Of a stretch of 64,000 nt of DNA, positions 28,300 to 43,281 are shown piece after piece; positions within the stretch are counted from its first letter, which is position 1, and each line of letters begins with the position of its first letter. The DNA is from Octopus vulgaris (taxonomy: Eukaryota). A program made the position numbers and the translations under genes. Under the pieces are notes generated by a model. It searched no databases, was not told the DNA's origin, and worked only from the letters and a program-made list of their open reading frames with translations. The stretch covers positions 77,810,001-77,874,000 of the forward strand of contig OX597825.1 of the NCBI GenBank assembly GCA_951406725.2, written 5' to 3'.

Positions 28300-28699
28300 A
28301 GAGTAAAAATACCAGTCATATACGTGTATATACATATATGTCATATACGAGTATATACATATATATCATATACGAGTATATACATATATGTCATATACGT
28401 GTATATACATATATGTATGGAAACGTATGTATGTATACACATATATATGCATGTATATACACAGACATACATATATATATATATACATATATAAATGTTT
28501 ATATACATACGACATATATAAGTAATACTAGGGAATATAAAATTCCAAAGTTACAGGGAAAAATTCAATTTAGCAATGCTAAATCAAATTTCGCAATATA
28601 TAATATATGTGAATAATTAAGAGACGCAATCTCTATTAAGTAATTCAATTAATAGCGAAAGTTATTATCTATAATAAATTATATATAAAGATTTTAAAT

Positions 28700-28755
<56 letters not shown>

Positions 28756-28809
28756 GTTTACTGGTGAAAACAAGAAAACAGAAAACAAGAAAACATCAAG
28801 TATATTGTT

Positions 28810-28928
<119 letters not shown>

Positions 28929-29555
28929 AATAATAATATTCGGTTTCGTGCGTTGACACAAATCAACGGTTTGATAACTGCGCATGCACGAAACTGTTTG
29001 CCCTTGAGTAAAATTGAAAATTCTGTCGATTAAGTGACAAATGATCTGTATGCGTATATATCAACTTACACATGTATCTGCGTATATATATAAAGATGCA
29101 CATATGTACATATAGATATACACACGCACACAAACAAACATATATACACACATACATATATATTTGTGTTTGTACATGTGTGTGAATTGAAGATTGGTTT
29201 TTATAATACTCTTTTTATTTTATGAATGACGGTTGTTTTTACAAAACCATGTTAACTCTCTCTGTTTCTATATATATATATACATATACAGACACATATT
29301 TGTGCATATCATATTTGTACTCGTATCCTGCAGTATACGGGCAATGCATCCGGCAAAGAATTAATGTTGAAACAATTGCTGCGTAAGAGTCATATCAACA
29401 TGGCAATGTGTTGGAATTAAAGCGGATTAAAGGGATTAATAAAACACAGAATAATGAGTATATGTATGCATTGTATATATGCAATATTTGTGTGTACATA
29501 GTTATATGTTTCTATATGTTTGTATACGTATATATATGCATATCTATATATATAT

Positions 29556-29595
<40 letters not shown>

Positions 29596-29675
29596 TGTAT
29601 ATATATATTGATAAATACATACATATGCACATACATTCATATATGTATGCATATGTATATATAGATATAAAATGC

Positions 29676-29706
<31 letters not shown>

Positions 29707-30691
29707 TACGCACACACACATATATGTATGTATGGATTTATGTATGTATGTATGTATGTAGGTTTATAAAATGATGTTAAAATAAGGATGGACTATTTTG
29801 CATCCAGAAAACTTGTTTATTACAGTTTCAAAGCCTCGTTACAGCAATGCAGTGAATAAAGCTGTATGGATATGTTTACCTTGGATGTAATCATAATGCA
29901 ATTGAAGTAACAGGATGCCACTGGACACGTCACCACTTCTTAGGATATCGATGCAGTGGAAACCTGTGTCGGACGGCATTTTAAGAGAGCATATTGTAAA
30001 TAAGATTGCAATAAACAAGTTTTAAGGGTGTACAATGTTGCATCCTCCTCTCAGCGTCACATGTGTATATATTCTGTATACAAAACGCAAAGAAGCAAAA
30101 TCATTATTTATCCATCGGGAGAAATACGGCGAGATTGTTTACCTTAAACAATTTCTCGTTCTTCCATATCATTTGATGTTGTTAACGAGAACCTAAATTA
30201 TACCAGAGTGTTTGAAAGGGACCTGCCCAGATTTATACCCCTAATTACATTTTATGTATGAAAAGTTTTGAGCCTTCAAGACGTTTGAGCCTTGAAGTCT
30301 TGTACCATGTTTTGCTTTTTTAAGGTTCAAGGCTTTTCATACACCCCTCATATATAAATATATATATATTATAAACACACAGATGTGTGTATGTTTCGAC
30401 ATATATACACACGTCTGCATTTGTAAAACTTTGTCCCACAATATATACATTTATTTCAATTATTTGGCGTCTGAATCAAGACAACCCTTCAATGCCCACC
30501 ATTTCTTATTGCAAATGAGGCTGAGGAACGCTTGGCCGGCCTCGACTACATTCGCTATAAATCCACAAAAAATTTTCAGCTGAAATAAAATAAGCTTATG
30601 ACTTGTATGTACTGACTACTTATTACATATACAAATCATATATGTATATATTTTAAACCCTATATATACAAATACTTAGGTCTGTGTGCGC

Positions 30692-30732
<41 letters not shown>

Positions 30733-30805
30733 TGTATATACATATATTTGTACACATACATATATATACATATAAATACATACATACATACATACATACA
30801 CACAC

Positions 30806-30836
<31 letters not shown>

Positions 30837-31404
30837 AGTGTAATCCGGCTTATATATATATATGTAATTCAATGCGCATCCAATAAAGTTATAAATAATA
30901 ATATGCAAATTTTGGGTGGAACCCCCCACTTGCTTTTCGACGTAAGATTTACTTGCTATTTATTTATAGTTTCATGTGATATGCCACTAGATAATGATTA
31001 TTTCACGTTCTCTCGAACGTTTATGATATGTATGTGTGCGCTCGTGCACGTATCCCCCCATATATATGTGTATATATGAACAGGTATATGTGTGCACGTG
31101 TATTTATATGTGTCCGGTGTTACAATAACAGTTACGAAAGGAAATACTTATTGCATATCTTCATTTGACTTTTGCTCAATTCAAATCCAGGAGTTCTCTC
31201 CCTTCTCATTTAGAATATAATTTTCGTTACCGTTAATGAGTGTCACTACCATAACGTTCTAAATTCGCTTGATAAATAGATATTATAGGGTTCATTGTCG
31301 CAGCTTTTATTAAACTACACACATTCACATATGCACATATATTCGTTCATACGTATGTGTTTGTACCTGATATACACATACCTGTATATGCATACAGATA
31401 TATA

Positions 31405-31530
31405 CAGTAGTACCTCTGTTTACGAACGCCTCTGATCACGAATAAATCGTGATTTATATATATCTATATATATATATATAAAGCGCGATTTATTCGTGAT
31501 CAGAGTTGTTCGAAAACCGAAGTACTATTG
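31405..31530. mobile_element. 126-bp pogo/Tigger-like MITE
   Basis: TIRs CAGTAGTACCTCTGTTTACGAACGCCTCTGATCACGAATAAATCG / CGATTTATTCGTGATCAGAGTTGTTCGAAAACCGAAGTACTATTG surround a (TA)n core, with TA on the left. Confidence 0.75.
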
Positions 31531-31615
31531 CATATATATGCATGCAAAGTTAAAAGAACGGACATTGATACCTCTTTTTACTAGATGGCAATAACAGCAA
31601 ACTATACGTATTTTA

Positions 31616-31762
31616 CGAGGGTGAGCTGAAAAGTTCATAGACTGACCAAGACACTCATATGGAATGTAAATAAGGTTTATTTTCCAACGTAAACCTTTAT
31701 TTTCCCTCTTGCGATCATCACACTTCTTCCATCGGTGTTTCACTGCTTGGATGCCATTGGTG
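31616..31762 (-). mobile_element. Mariner 3' end remnant
   Basis: Terminus TACGAGGGTGAGCTGAAAAGTTC; the minus strand encodes 'NGIQAVKHRWKKCDDRK' (mariner C-terminus). Confidence 0.75.
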
Positions 31763-31812
31763 ACGTGTGTATATGTACAGATACATACATACACACATAC
31801 ATATATACATAC

Positions 31813-31848
<36 letters not shown>

Positions 31849-32389
31849 ATGAGTATGTATGTATGTATGTATGTATTTATGTGTGTATGTATATATGTAT
31901 TCTTTTACATATATATATGTAAATATAGACACACAGGGAATCTATAACGCGCTGGCGATTCAAACTTCAGTCCGCCATACATAAACTTACATCGTGCGTC
32001 GTTACGTGTTAATTAAAAGTTAGACTCATTAATCACAACCATTCCCTGTTTCATTACCTTGAATGATTAATGATTTCGAGCTATTTTTTTTCTCCCGCCT
32101 CTATACTTAACCTAAAATTACTAAGGTATGTTCCCGCAACCATTATGACCTATCTGTTAGCAGTTCAAAATTGCTTCAGTTTTACAGCGACAGATGGGAT
32201 TTTTTAAAATTAGATTAATTAACTAATCAATCAAATAATATTTCATCAGATTACTCTACTAACTAGTCTCATGGTGGAAGGTATTCTACTATACTAAAAT
32301 CTACCATCGGTGTGATCGCTACTAGTTGATGGATATATATATATATATATATATATATGTATACATACATATAGAAATCCATAGGTATA

Positions 32390-32436
<47 letters not shown>

Positions 32437-32491
32437 ACATTTATATATTTGTTTTGCAAGGTTCTTGATGTGAAATCGTGTGTTGAAACTG

Positions 32492-32695
32492 ATGTTGTTG
32501 TATTTAGGAATGGTCATGTTGCCGGTTTAGCCAATAAAAACACACGCACTATATATTTGGTGTTAATTTGCTTCAGCTTTATTTATTTTTTACATTAATC
32601 TTAATCTTATTTCTGTCAAATTAACACCAAATATATAGTGCGTGTGTTTTTATTGGCTAAACTGGCAACGTGACCATTCCTAAATACAACAACAT
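32492..32695. repeat. Inverted repeat with 79-bp arms (32492-32570 and 32617-32695) and a 46-bp loop
   Basis: ATGTTGTTGTATTTAGG...GGTGTTAATTTG pairs with CAAATTAACACC...CCTAAATACAACAACAT, with two non-Watson-Crick positions. Confidence 0.93.
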
Positions 32696-33443
32696 ATATG
32701 TATGTGAGAGTGCGTGAGGAGGTGTTTGTGTGTGACCAAATGAAAGAAAGCGACACTGAACACTTTTAGTAGGAGTATGTATATAATTAATAACAGTTTG
32801 TTTCGGCTCCGGGCACGCAGAAGTTTCTTAAGCTTGTCCATCGAATCTATCCCGTCCTGCACACCGAAACCGAATCGATTTCCACAAGCCTGACGAGATG
32901 GGGTCGATTGACGAACCTGCGAAACTTTAAGGTGCATAGAGCGGGCCTGGGAAGATAAACAAGTCGACAGGCGGAAATCCTATTGTTGATTTCTCACTTA
33001 ACTTCATCTGCACAATACATTTGGCTCTACTCATAATATAGAGTCACTCCATAAATATATGCTCAGTTGTTATTCTTAAAAGTGCTTTAAAATATTAACA
33101 TTATTTTAACATTTATATAAATAAACACACGCACATGTATACGATATATATATATATATATTTGAAATTTTTTGTATAAAAATACTTCATGCAGTCACAA
33201 TATTTAAAGAGAGATTTCCTTAAAAGGTAATAAATATTTTTTAAAGAAATCTTCTTCAAGGGACAGAATGACAGGAACCATTAACAACGAGGTTTTCGCT
33301 TACGTTCAATACGATAACTTCATTCTTATAGGGTCCTTTCATTTTGTTTTTTTCTAAAATGTCATTTTAGATGTTTAATAACTTTTAATAAGAGTCTTTA
33401 AACACACGCACACACACATACACACACACACACACACACTCTC

Positions 33444-33485
<42 letters not shown>

Positions 33486-33510
33486 ACACAGATATATATG
33501 TATATATATA

Positions 33511-33654
33511 GGTGTGACTGCGTGGTAAGAAGCTTTCTTCCCAACTACATAGCTCCGGGTTCAGTCCCACTGCGTGGCACCTTAGGCACTAGAGCTTCTG
33601 GCCGACCAAAGCCTTGTGAGTAGATTTGGTACACGGAAACTGAAAGAACCCCGT

Positions 33655-33747
<93 letters not shown>

Positions 33748-33965
33748 TTGTGTGTGTGCGTGTATCAGTATGTTACCCCGCCATCGCTTGAAAACCAAGG
33801 CTGGTATGTTTATATCCCCGTAACTTAGAGGTTCGGCAAAAGGGACTGATTGAATAAGGACTAGACTTACAAAAGAATAAGTCCTGTGGTCGATTTCTTT
33901 GACTAACTCCCTTCAAGGTTATGCTCCAGCATGGCCACAGTCAAATAACTAAAACTAGTAAAAGA
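33511..33965 (+). mobile_element. SINE family A
   Basis: Head, body and tail motifs with internal (TA)n. Confidence 0.82.
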
Positions 33966-34472
33966 ACACCTAAACGCATATATATTCATACACAAACATG
34001 AAGACAAAAAACGGTCAATATATTTTATGATATATCCAGAGCACAACCTAAATTTTTTTGTTTCATGCTCAGAGAAATAGAAAGAATTAATTATGCTTCG
34101 ACCGTTATCCCTTCTTCGGTTAAGATTTAGAATACAAATCGGTCGACGAATGACGAAGCGAAACTAGACAAAAGAAAAAAAGAACGATATATTAAAAAGT
34201 GCAACTGAAGAGAAAAGAAAGCACATACCTAACAGTAGTAATATTAAAAGTACCGATAATCCTTTCTGTGACGTTTCGGACTATATCACTTCTTCCACTA
34301 AGAAACAGCGTAGAGTGGGGCAAGAAAAGACAAGCAAAACTAGAAATGCTGAAGGAAAAGTATGAAAAACAGCTATTTTGAGTAAAATAAAAAAAAATGA
34401 ATAATAATTACAACAACAACAACAGCAACAACAACAACAACAACAATAATAACAACAACAACAATAATAATG

Positions 34473-34542
<70 letters not shown>

Positions 34543-34823
34543 TGATGATGATGATGATCTGGTAGAAGTTATATGTCTATTATTAATACCAATTTGTTTC
34601 GGCTCCATGCAAACAGAAGTTTCTTAAGCTCATCCATCCTACCTGTCCTTTCTACTATAGGTGAAAGACCTGAAATTTAAGTCTATTACATGGACCCCAT
34701 TAATCAACTAGTACTTAATTTATCGATCTCAAAAGGATGAAAGGCAATTTAGACCCCGCCGGAATTTGAATTCAGAACGCAAAGACGCATGCAAGACTCC
34801 AGGTGTTCCAACAAAATCTGATA

Positions 34824-35763
<940 letters not shown>

Positions 35764-36770
35764 TAATAATAATGATAGCAACTGTTGCCACAGTATAGCA
35801 CGTTTTGTTGTCGTTAGTTGCGCCAAACTAATCAGAATTACCTCTTATAATAATCACTTTGAGCATGTTCCTTCGGCATGCGATGAACATTCCTCTTTTT
35901 AACGACAGAAGCATTAAGGGGTATTGCTTCAGTCAGCCAGGCTACACTTACAGACAATACATTAGAGTTTCCCCCTTTGATCGTATATTTTCGCTACTTC
36001 TAGAGAAAGTTATTAATGCTTTGGTCATCGATTTTACTCTTACACAAATGCAAGAGTAACGCCACTACCAACAACAACAACATCAACAACAGAAAGAAAC
36101 CTCTAAGCTAAGAATTTCTCGTGTGCCTTTGATCAATCATTCCACACTTAGAGAACATGTATTCTGTCTCTTCTCTGTTGAGTTATTTCGCTTTTTATGG
36201 GCGATGTTTTAAAGGGATTTCTGTATTTTATGGTCAGTATAAAACACACTTCTAAGCTGTTCCTTAATAACGCTTCCTCATCATCTCCAATTATTTATAA
36301 ACCAGTCTTTGTGTTTGCATTTTTTATTTGTCTTGGTTTGTCCGTAATTTTTTTTACGTAGCTTAAAACCTCTTAAAAGCCTTCTAATGTACGCGTCCTT
36401 ACTGTACAGTACCAAAAAAATACAAAGAAATTGTGGTAATTTTTTATGAGGAACGACCAGATCTTTTGAAAATGCACATTCTATATGTGGGGAGGAACCT
36501 ACTTATCAAGCCAAACCAAACCTGATACATTTTACCGTTTCTTTCGGTTATTCATACATGAAATAGGCTTCTTGGATCAATCTGTGAGCATATATATATA
36601 TTCTGAACGTCTTTTGAGACGGACCCGAATCTTAGAATTTCCTTTATCAAGGAATTCAAAACGAAACGCCATCAAACAGTTGTTTGGAACAGTTAGAGTT
36701 CCGCATCAAAGTTAATCGATTCCAGTTGTGGTTTATGTGCAGTAATCAGATATTTAATAATAACAACAAC

Positions 36771-36904
<134 letters not shown>

Positions 36905-37370
36905 GGACTAATTGGATGAAAGCCAAGATAGACAAATGGCAGGTAGATTCCCAATGTAGGTTATGTAAATGAAAGGTGGTAAGTGTTACTTATATGGGAT
37001 GTGCTGAAATATAACGAATACAAAAAAAAAAGGCATGACAAGCTAAGGAGACTAGTCAACTGAAAGTTACTGAAAAATGGTACGAACATGAATGTAGTAA
37101 AGTACTAGAAAGAAAGAAAAGAAATATAAGACATTGTGGGGTTTTCACATTCAAACTGATAGAGTTAGAAGGAGCTAGAAGGCTGGATTTAGTGGTAGTC
37201 GACAAAGAGAATGGAAAGTGCCAGGTAATTGACTTTAGGGGCCGAAATGATGAGAAAATCAATAAGAGAGTTATAAAGCAAAACAGGTATAAAATCTAGT
37301 TTTGTGCAGCTTCAGGAAACAATGATATTAGGGACAGCTAGGATTCTTAGGAATGCTTTTCGCATCTAAG
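36905..37370 (+). pseudogene. Degenerate R4/Dong-type non-LTR retrotransposon C-terminal fragment (Zn knuckle plus restriction-like endonuclease)
   Basis: Frameshifted peptides 'RTNWMKAKID....SQCRLCK', 'KRHDK', 'EKWYEH..SKVLE', 'LWGFHIQTDR', 'ARRLDLVVVDKENGKCQVIDF' and 'LGTARILR'. It starts directly after a long (AAT)n. Confidence 0.78.
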
Positions 37371-37621
37371 GTTACTGGTTTTAGTTTTAGCTCGGTCTTT
37401 GGAATTTTTCCTTTCCAGCCGTCTAATCTGTTGTGCGTATATGAAATAATAAAAATAATATTAACAACAACTGCAATCAGGTAACGTGAGACACCCTTGA
37501 AAAATATATGTAACTTAATACCTTGCTCTCGTACATTCCAATCTTCGGATTGTTTTCTTAATCGGTTCACAGCCTGTCTCAAAACTAAACGCTTTGCTAT
37601 AACAATATATATAGAACTGAA

Positions 37622-37890
37622 GGCGGCGAGCTGGCAGAAACGTTAGCACGTCGGGCGAAATGCTCAGCGGTATTTCGTCTGTCTATATGTTCTGAGTTCA
37701 AATTCCACCATGGTCGACTTTGCCTTTCATCCTTCCGGGATCGATTAAATAAGTACCAGTCACGCACTGGGGTCGATGTAATCGACTTAATCCGTTTGTC
37801 TGTCCTTGTTTGTCCTCCCTGTGTTTAGCCCCTTGTGGGTAGTAAAGAAATAGGTATTTCGTCTGTCTTTATGTTCTGAGTTCAAATTCC
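37622..37890 (+). mobile_element. SINE family B, near-consensus head plus the start of a second core
   Basis: GGCGGCGAGCTGGCAGAAACGTTAGCACG...; the core restarts at GGTATTTCGTCTGTC (about 37852). Confidence 0.87.
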
Positions 37891-37978
37891 ATACTTTTGG
37901 CATATCAGAAAGGACCTACGGTTAAATGCACAACGAACAAGTAAACCTCAAGGTTTAAGTTTTCAAAATCTTACACAC

Positions 37979-38051
<73 letters not shown>

Positions 38052-38359
38052 TAGATAGATAGATGCATGAATGAATGTACTTATACATATGCGCATGTGT
38101 GTATGCATGTATGTAGATATTAACTTTCGTTTCTCTCTCTATCTCAAGATACATATAAAAGCAATTTAACATTAAACAGAGGAAAACTCAATATCTTTTG
38201 ATATAGTATATATTTAATAGCTTTACAAGAAAACGTATGATAGTGACCTCGAAGTTGAGACTTATTCATCTTCATCAGACTCACTGATTAAGGAATTCAA
38301 CACAAAACTTTGAAGTTACTGTCAACGTTTTCCTTGTAAAAGTTAATGTAAGCACACAC

Positions 38360-38442
<83 letters not shown>

Positions 38443-38935
38443 CAGGCAGATAGGCAGATAGATAGATAGATGTATCACGTTTTTCTACGAGTATTTTGCA
38501 CTTGCTGTCCATTTGGTGGAAGGACACGATTAGAGAGCAGTAATTAAATTTATAGTGGCCAACATTTTTATGACAATCACGAAAAACCGATCAAACCACA
38601 GACACAACTTAGGTAAATGAAGTCTGCAGCTTTCCTTTTTTGTATAGGCATATGTATGTATATATGTAAATATATACCATGTATATATACATACATATAT
38701 ATATATATATATATATGTTCATATATATATATATATATATATACAGAGAAAGAGATAAATGTGTGTGTATATACCTATATACGTGTGGGGGGTATATGTA
38801 TACTTATATATATATATATATTTATACATGTGGGTATATACATATACATATTTACGCATATATATATATATATATATACCTGTAGACATATATCTTATTA
38901 CTTGTAGATATACACATGTATATATAAATGTATAC

Positions 38936-38978
<43 letters not shown>

Positions 38979-39256
38979 TATAGACATATATATATGTGTG
39001 CGAGTGTATGTGTGTGTGTGGATGTATCTGCGTGGTCATAGTAATGGCCGAAACAACTATTTTCAGACACTTCACGCACTACACATACACACACACATAT
39101 AAACACACACACACACTCATATGCGTGTATGTATACGTGGTGAGGGTCATTCACTGGACAGAAATGTACTCAATACCTGAATTTTCAGCCTATAGCTTTA
39201 AATTAGTAGCTCTGTCTTCACAACTTGCATCAGCTAAACATTTCATTTACAAAAAG

Positions 39257-39345
<89 letters not shown>

Positions 39346-39382
39346 TTATGATATATATATATATCCATATATACATACATAC

Positions 39383-39590
39383 AGGGAGAGTTTACGAAAA
39401 AAAAAAAGACGAAGACAGGTAGTGTACAAAACAAACAGATGTATTAGTATAACGCTCAGGAATAGAAAAAGTCTTTTATGTTTCGAGCCTACGCTCTTCT
39501 ACAGAAAGGGACACAGAAAAAAACAGGGAGAGAATCGAGAAGAGAAAAAATGTGTGTAGTGGCTAACGATCTATCATGGCGACTGATAAA
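39383..39590 (-). mobile_element. Penelope-pLTR-like element, same family as 5110-5281
   Basis: The minus strand at 39473-39508 reads CTTT-CTGTAGA-AGAGCGTAGGCTC-GAAAC-ATA-AAAG. Confidence 0.62.
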
Positions 39591-39769
39591 TATATACAAA
39601 CATATATATATATGCGCAGGTGTATGATGTGTGGTAAGAAGTTTGCTTCCCAGCCACATGGTTCTGGGTTCAGTTCCACTGCATGATACCTTCTACTATA
39701 GCCTTGGGTTTGCAAAAGCCTTGTGAGTGGATTTTGTAGACAGAAACTGAAAGACGTCCGTCGTATTCA

Positions 39770-40065
39770 CCGAAATCTGGACGTCCTATCATGTCAATGA
39801 GTGAAGAAAACGAGATGAGAGTCGCTTTAACATGTCCCCACGCCGTGCATCTCAGGAACTATCCATACAGAGAACGTCTTTACGACGCCTAATGCAAACA
39901 CTGAAATTGAAACCGTATCGTCCACCTCTGGTACATGGTACCATGATGCATTAGAATCCACTTCTTTGTTCTTGACTCAAATTATTTGCCTTTATTCACG
40001 GTACCTGTAAAAAGAATTAATAAGTTAATTATAAAAGTTTATACAAATTTTTAGCCCCACCCCTG
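39770..40065 (+). mobile_element. Tc1/mariner-superfamily (maT/rosa-like) remnant
   Basis: Encodes the HTH-like peptide 'ASQELSIQRTSLRRLMQTLKLKPYRP' and ends in GCCCCACCCCTG-TA, resembling a CAGGG-type TIR plus TA. Confidence 0.55.
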
Positions 40066-40277
40066 TATATATATAAGAAGAGAAAAAGAAAGAGAGAGGG
40101 AAACAAATGTATATGTATATAGGTGTATACATTGTCCTATTCTGGGGGAGGCTTTCTTTATCACTAAACACACGCCCTGGTCGTAGGGCTCTTCAGTTTT
40201 ATCAATAAACATTGTTAATCAATCGACAAATTAATGATAATTTTTTCACATTTTTCTGTCATAACAGTTTGATCTTA

Positions 40278-40485
40278 GGTGGCAAGTTAATAAAATCGGT
40301 AGCACGTAGGGCGAAATGCTTAGCAGTATTTTGTCTGCCGTTACGTTCCAAGTTCAAATTCCGCCGAGGTCGACATTGCCTTTCGTCCTTTGGGATTGAT
40401 AAATTAAGTAACAGTTGCGTACTGGGGTCGATATATTCGACTAGCCCCCTCCTCCAAAATTTCTGACCTTGTGCCTACTGTAAAA
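40278..40485 (+). mobile_element. SINE family B
   Basis: Core CCGCCGAGGTCGAC..GCCTTTCGTCCTTTGGG and tail CCTTGTGCCTA. Confidence 0.78.
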
Positions 40486-41157
40486 AAAAAATAATAATAA
40501 ATAATACTTTGATCTTTTCTCCCAACACCAAATAAGTTTAAATTTCAATCTAACCTCTTAATTCCGCGAGCAATGATTTGGAGGGCAAGTGGTTTTGCTT
40601 AGCTGTCCCTGGAATGGAAGACGCTAAAGTAACTGACCAAATGAATTTTACTTTCCTGCCATCTTTGCTGATAAGTAGAAACGTTGTAAATTTCTGACGT
40701 AAATACAAAACTACAAAGTCGCATGCTTTTACGTTTCTGAAAAATATCGCCCAACAGAATTTCATCCGTTAAAGTTTACTTGCAGATCGGAAACAATAAT
40801 TTTCACAACCTAAAAAGATACCAACTATAAAACTCAGTAAGTCACCAGAGTCACCGTTTTTATTTGAACTCGTTTTGTTTTTTATTTTGATTTTGATTTA
40901 TCCATTAAAAGTCAGACGCTGAATTTTATGTGTGTCGGTTCTCAGTTCGGTATCACTTGAACCAACTCTTTTTCCGATTTGCATACTTTGATTAGGCAAC
41001 ACGTCTCATTAAGCTTAAGATGTTAGAAAAGAGCTTTCATTGAAAGTTTGCTTTCTCTCTCTTTCTCTCTCTCTCTCTCCCCTTCTCTCTCTCTATGTAT
41101 ATATATATCCCTCTCTCTCTCTTTTCTGACACATATTTTATACTTAACCTAACAAAA

Positions 41158-42100
41158 GGTGGTGAGCTGGCACAATCATCAAAACGTCGAAAAAAATGCC
41201 TTATGGTATTTGACCCAAGTCTTAACATTCTCAGTTCAAATTCCATTTCGTGGCCCGATTTGCCTTTTATTATTCAAGGGTCATTAACGTAAAGTACCAC
41301 TCAAGTACTAAATTGAGATGATAGGGTACAAATCTAGTTATTATTAGTGTTTTAAGGCGTCAAACTGGCAGAATCGTTCGCATGCCGGACAAAATGCTTA
41401 GATGCGTTTCTTCCGTCTTTACGTTCTGAGTTTAAATGTTGCCGAGATCGACTTTACCTTTCATGATCGATAAAATAAGAGACGAATTTTGGGGGTGAGG
41501 TTATGGCTAGTGTAACCAACTAAACACCCCCACAAAATGCCAGGCGCTATGCCTATAGCAGAAGGGATTATTAGGGGTTTGCAATGTGGTGAGTTGCGAG
41601 AATTGTTAGCGCACATCGAACAAATAGTTAGGGGCATTTTTCCCCACTTTTTATGTTCTGGGATCACTATCCACCAAGAATAACTTAGTCATTCATCCTA
41701 TGAAGATCGATAAAATAAATTACCACTCAAGAACTGGGTACAATGTAATAGAATAAACTCATTCCTTAAAGTTACTGGGCCTATACCAAAATTTCAAAGA
41801 ATTATGCTGTTGCATTCTGGTCCCTAATATACGTAGTAAATACAGACGGTAAATGGTCAGACTCGGTAGAGCGTCGGAGACGAACGCCGCAGAGTGGCAG
41901 TTTAGAAATCCAGTGATATGAGTTCAAATCCTCCCAAGGTCACCATTCCCTTTTCTCCTTCTGATGTTGCTAAACAGGAAAAAAAATCAGTACAATCCCG
42001 AATGGCGGACTGACTGAACTGTGAGCAAGTCAGAACAGATTTATTGTTATTTCTTCCGGATTTGTGCATTCTAAGTTCAAATTCCGCCGTTGCCTACTTG
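41158..42100 (+). mobile_element. Cluster of about five old, same-orientation SINE family B copies
   Basis: Degenerate heads at about 41158, 41356, 41587, 41848 and 42004, most with AGTTCAAAT-like B-box remnants. Confidence 0.65.
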
Positions 42101-42768
42101 AGCGTTAGACTCAACTTATTCTCCGGTTTAATACCATCACCTGGTACATTTTATGCCTTTAGTGGAATCACATTAATGAAAGCTTTCAAACCAAATGTCC
42201 TCTATGTGTGGCTATCTTCGACCTTCTCTTCTTCCTACAAGAATCGAGGGCCCTGTGAAGATTCTTGGGCACTACGTTCCTATCTGAGTAAAAAAAAAAA
42301 ATAACACAGGAACAATGCACTAAAATCTTTAGGGTTTAGATTTAATATAATGTACTTAATTCCCTTGCCATAAAGCTCAAATTCTATCGAAAATAATGAA
42401 AGAGAAGTGAGCAAGTAACCCGCAAAATTACCACAAACACACACGCACTCACAATCATGAACACATACGCGCATACACTCACGTCACACATATATGATAA
42501 ATAGACCAAAATGCCAGGCATTATGCATACATGACGAAACAAATGGCAGAAAAATCAACTGCAAATTTCAAATTCAATACATCAGTGACATACATATATA
42601 TATATATATATGTGTGTGTGTGTATATATATATATACATATATATATGTATATGTACACACACACACATATATATATATATATAATATGTTTGCATGTGT
42701 CTGATAAATATGCATAAGCATGTGTATATATATATATGTACATATAATCATATACACATACATATATG

Positions 42769-42807
<39 letters not shown>

Positions 42808-43218
42808 GTATATATATTTATGTATGTATGTATGTATGTATGCATGCATGTATGTATGTATGTATGTATGAATGTATGTATGTATATATGTATGTATGTA
42901 TATATGTATGTATGTATATATGTATGTATTTTGAACATTTTACTTACCAATATATATATAAATTTTAAAATCCAATTTCCTCAAATAAATGTGTATGAAG
43001 AAACGGTTTTATGTTAAATGAACCTATATCTGTATACGCGTGCGTCTATTCATACATATATATATAAGCACATATACACATATGGCTGAATACATAGACA
43101 CACACTTACGCACATATATATATATGCATATAAGTATACATACATAATATATACATCATGTGTCTGTGCGTATGTTAACGGCAGTGCCCCAGTATGCTTT
43201 AGACTGAAACTAATAAGA

Positions 43219-43276
<58 letters not shown>

Positions 43277-43281
<5 letters not shown>

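Noticed and set aside
28673-28678. AATAAA as the nAChR polyadenylation signal
   Set aside because: AATAAA is frequent in this AT-rich DNA, so the true site cannot be picked without transcript data.
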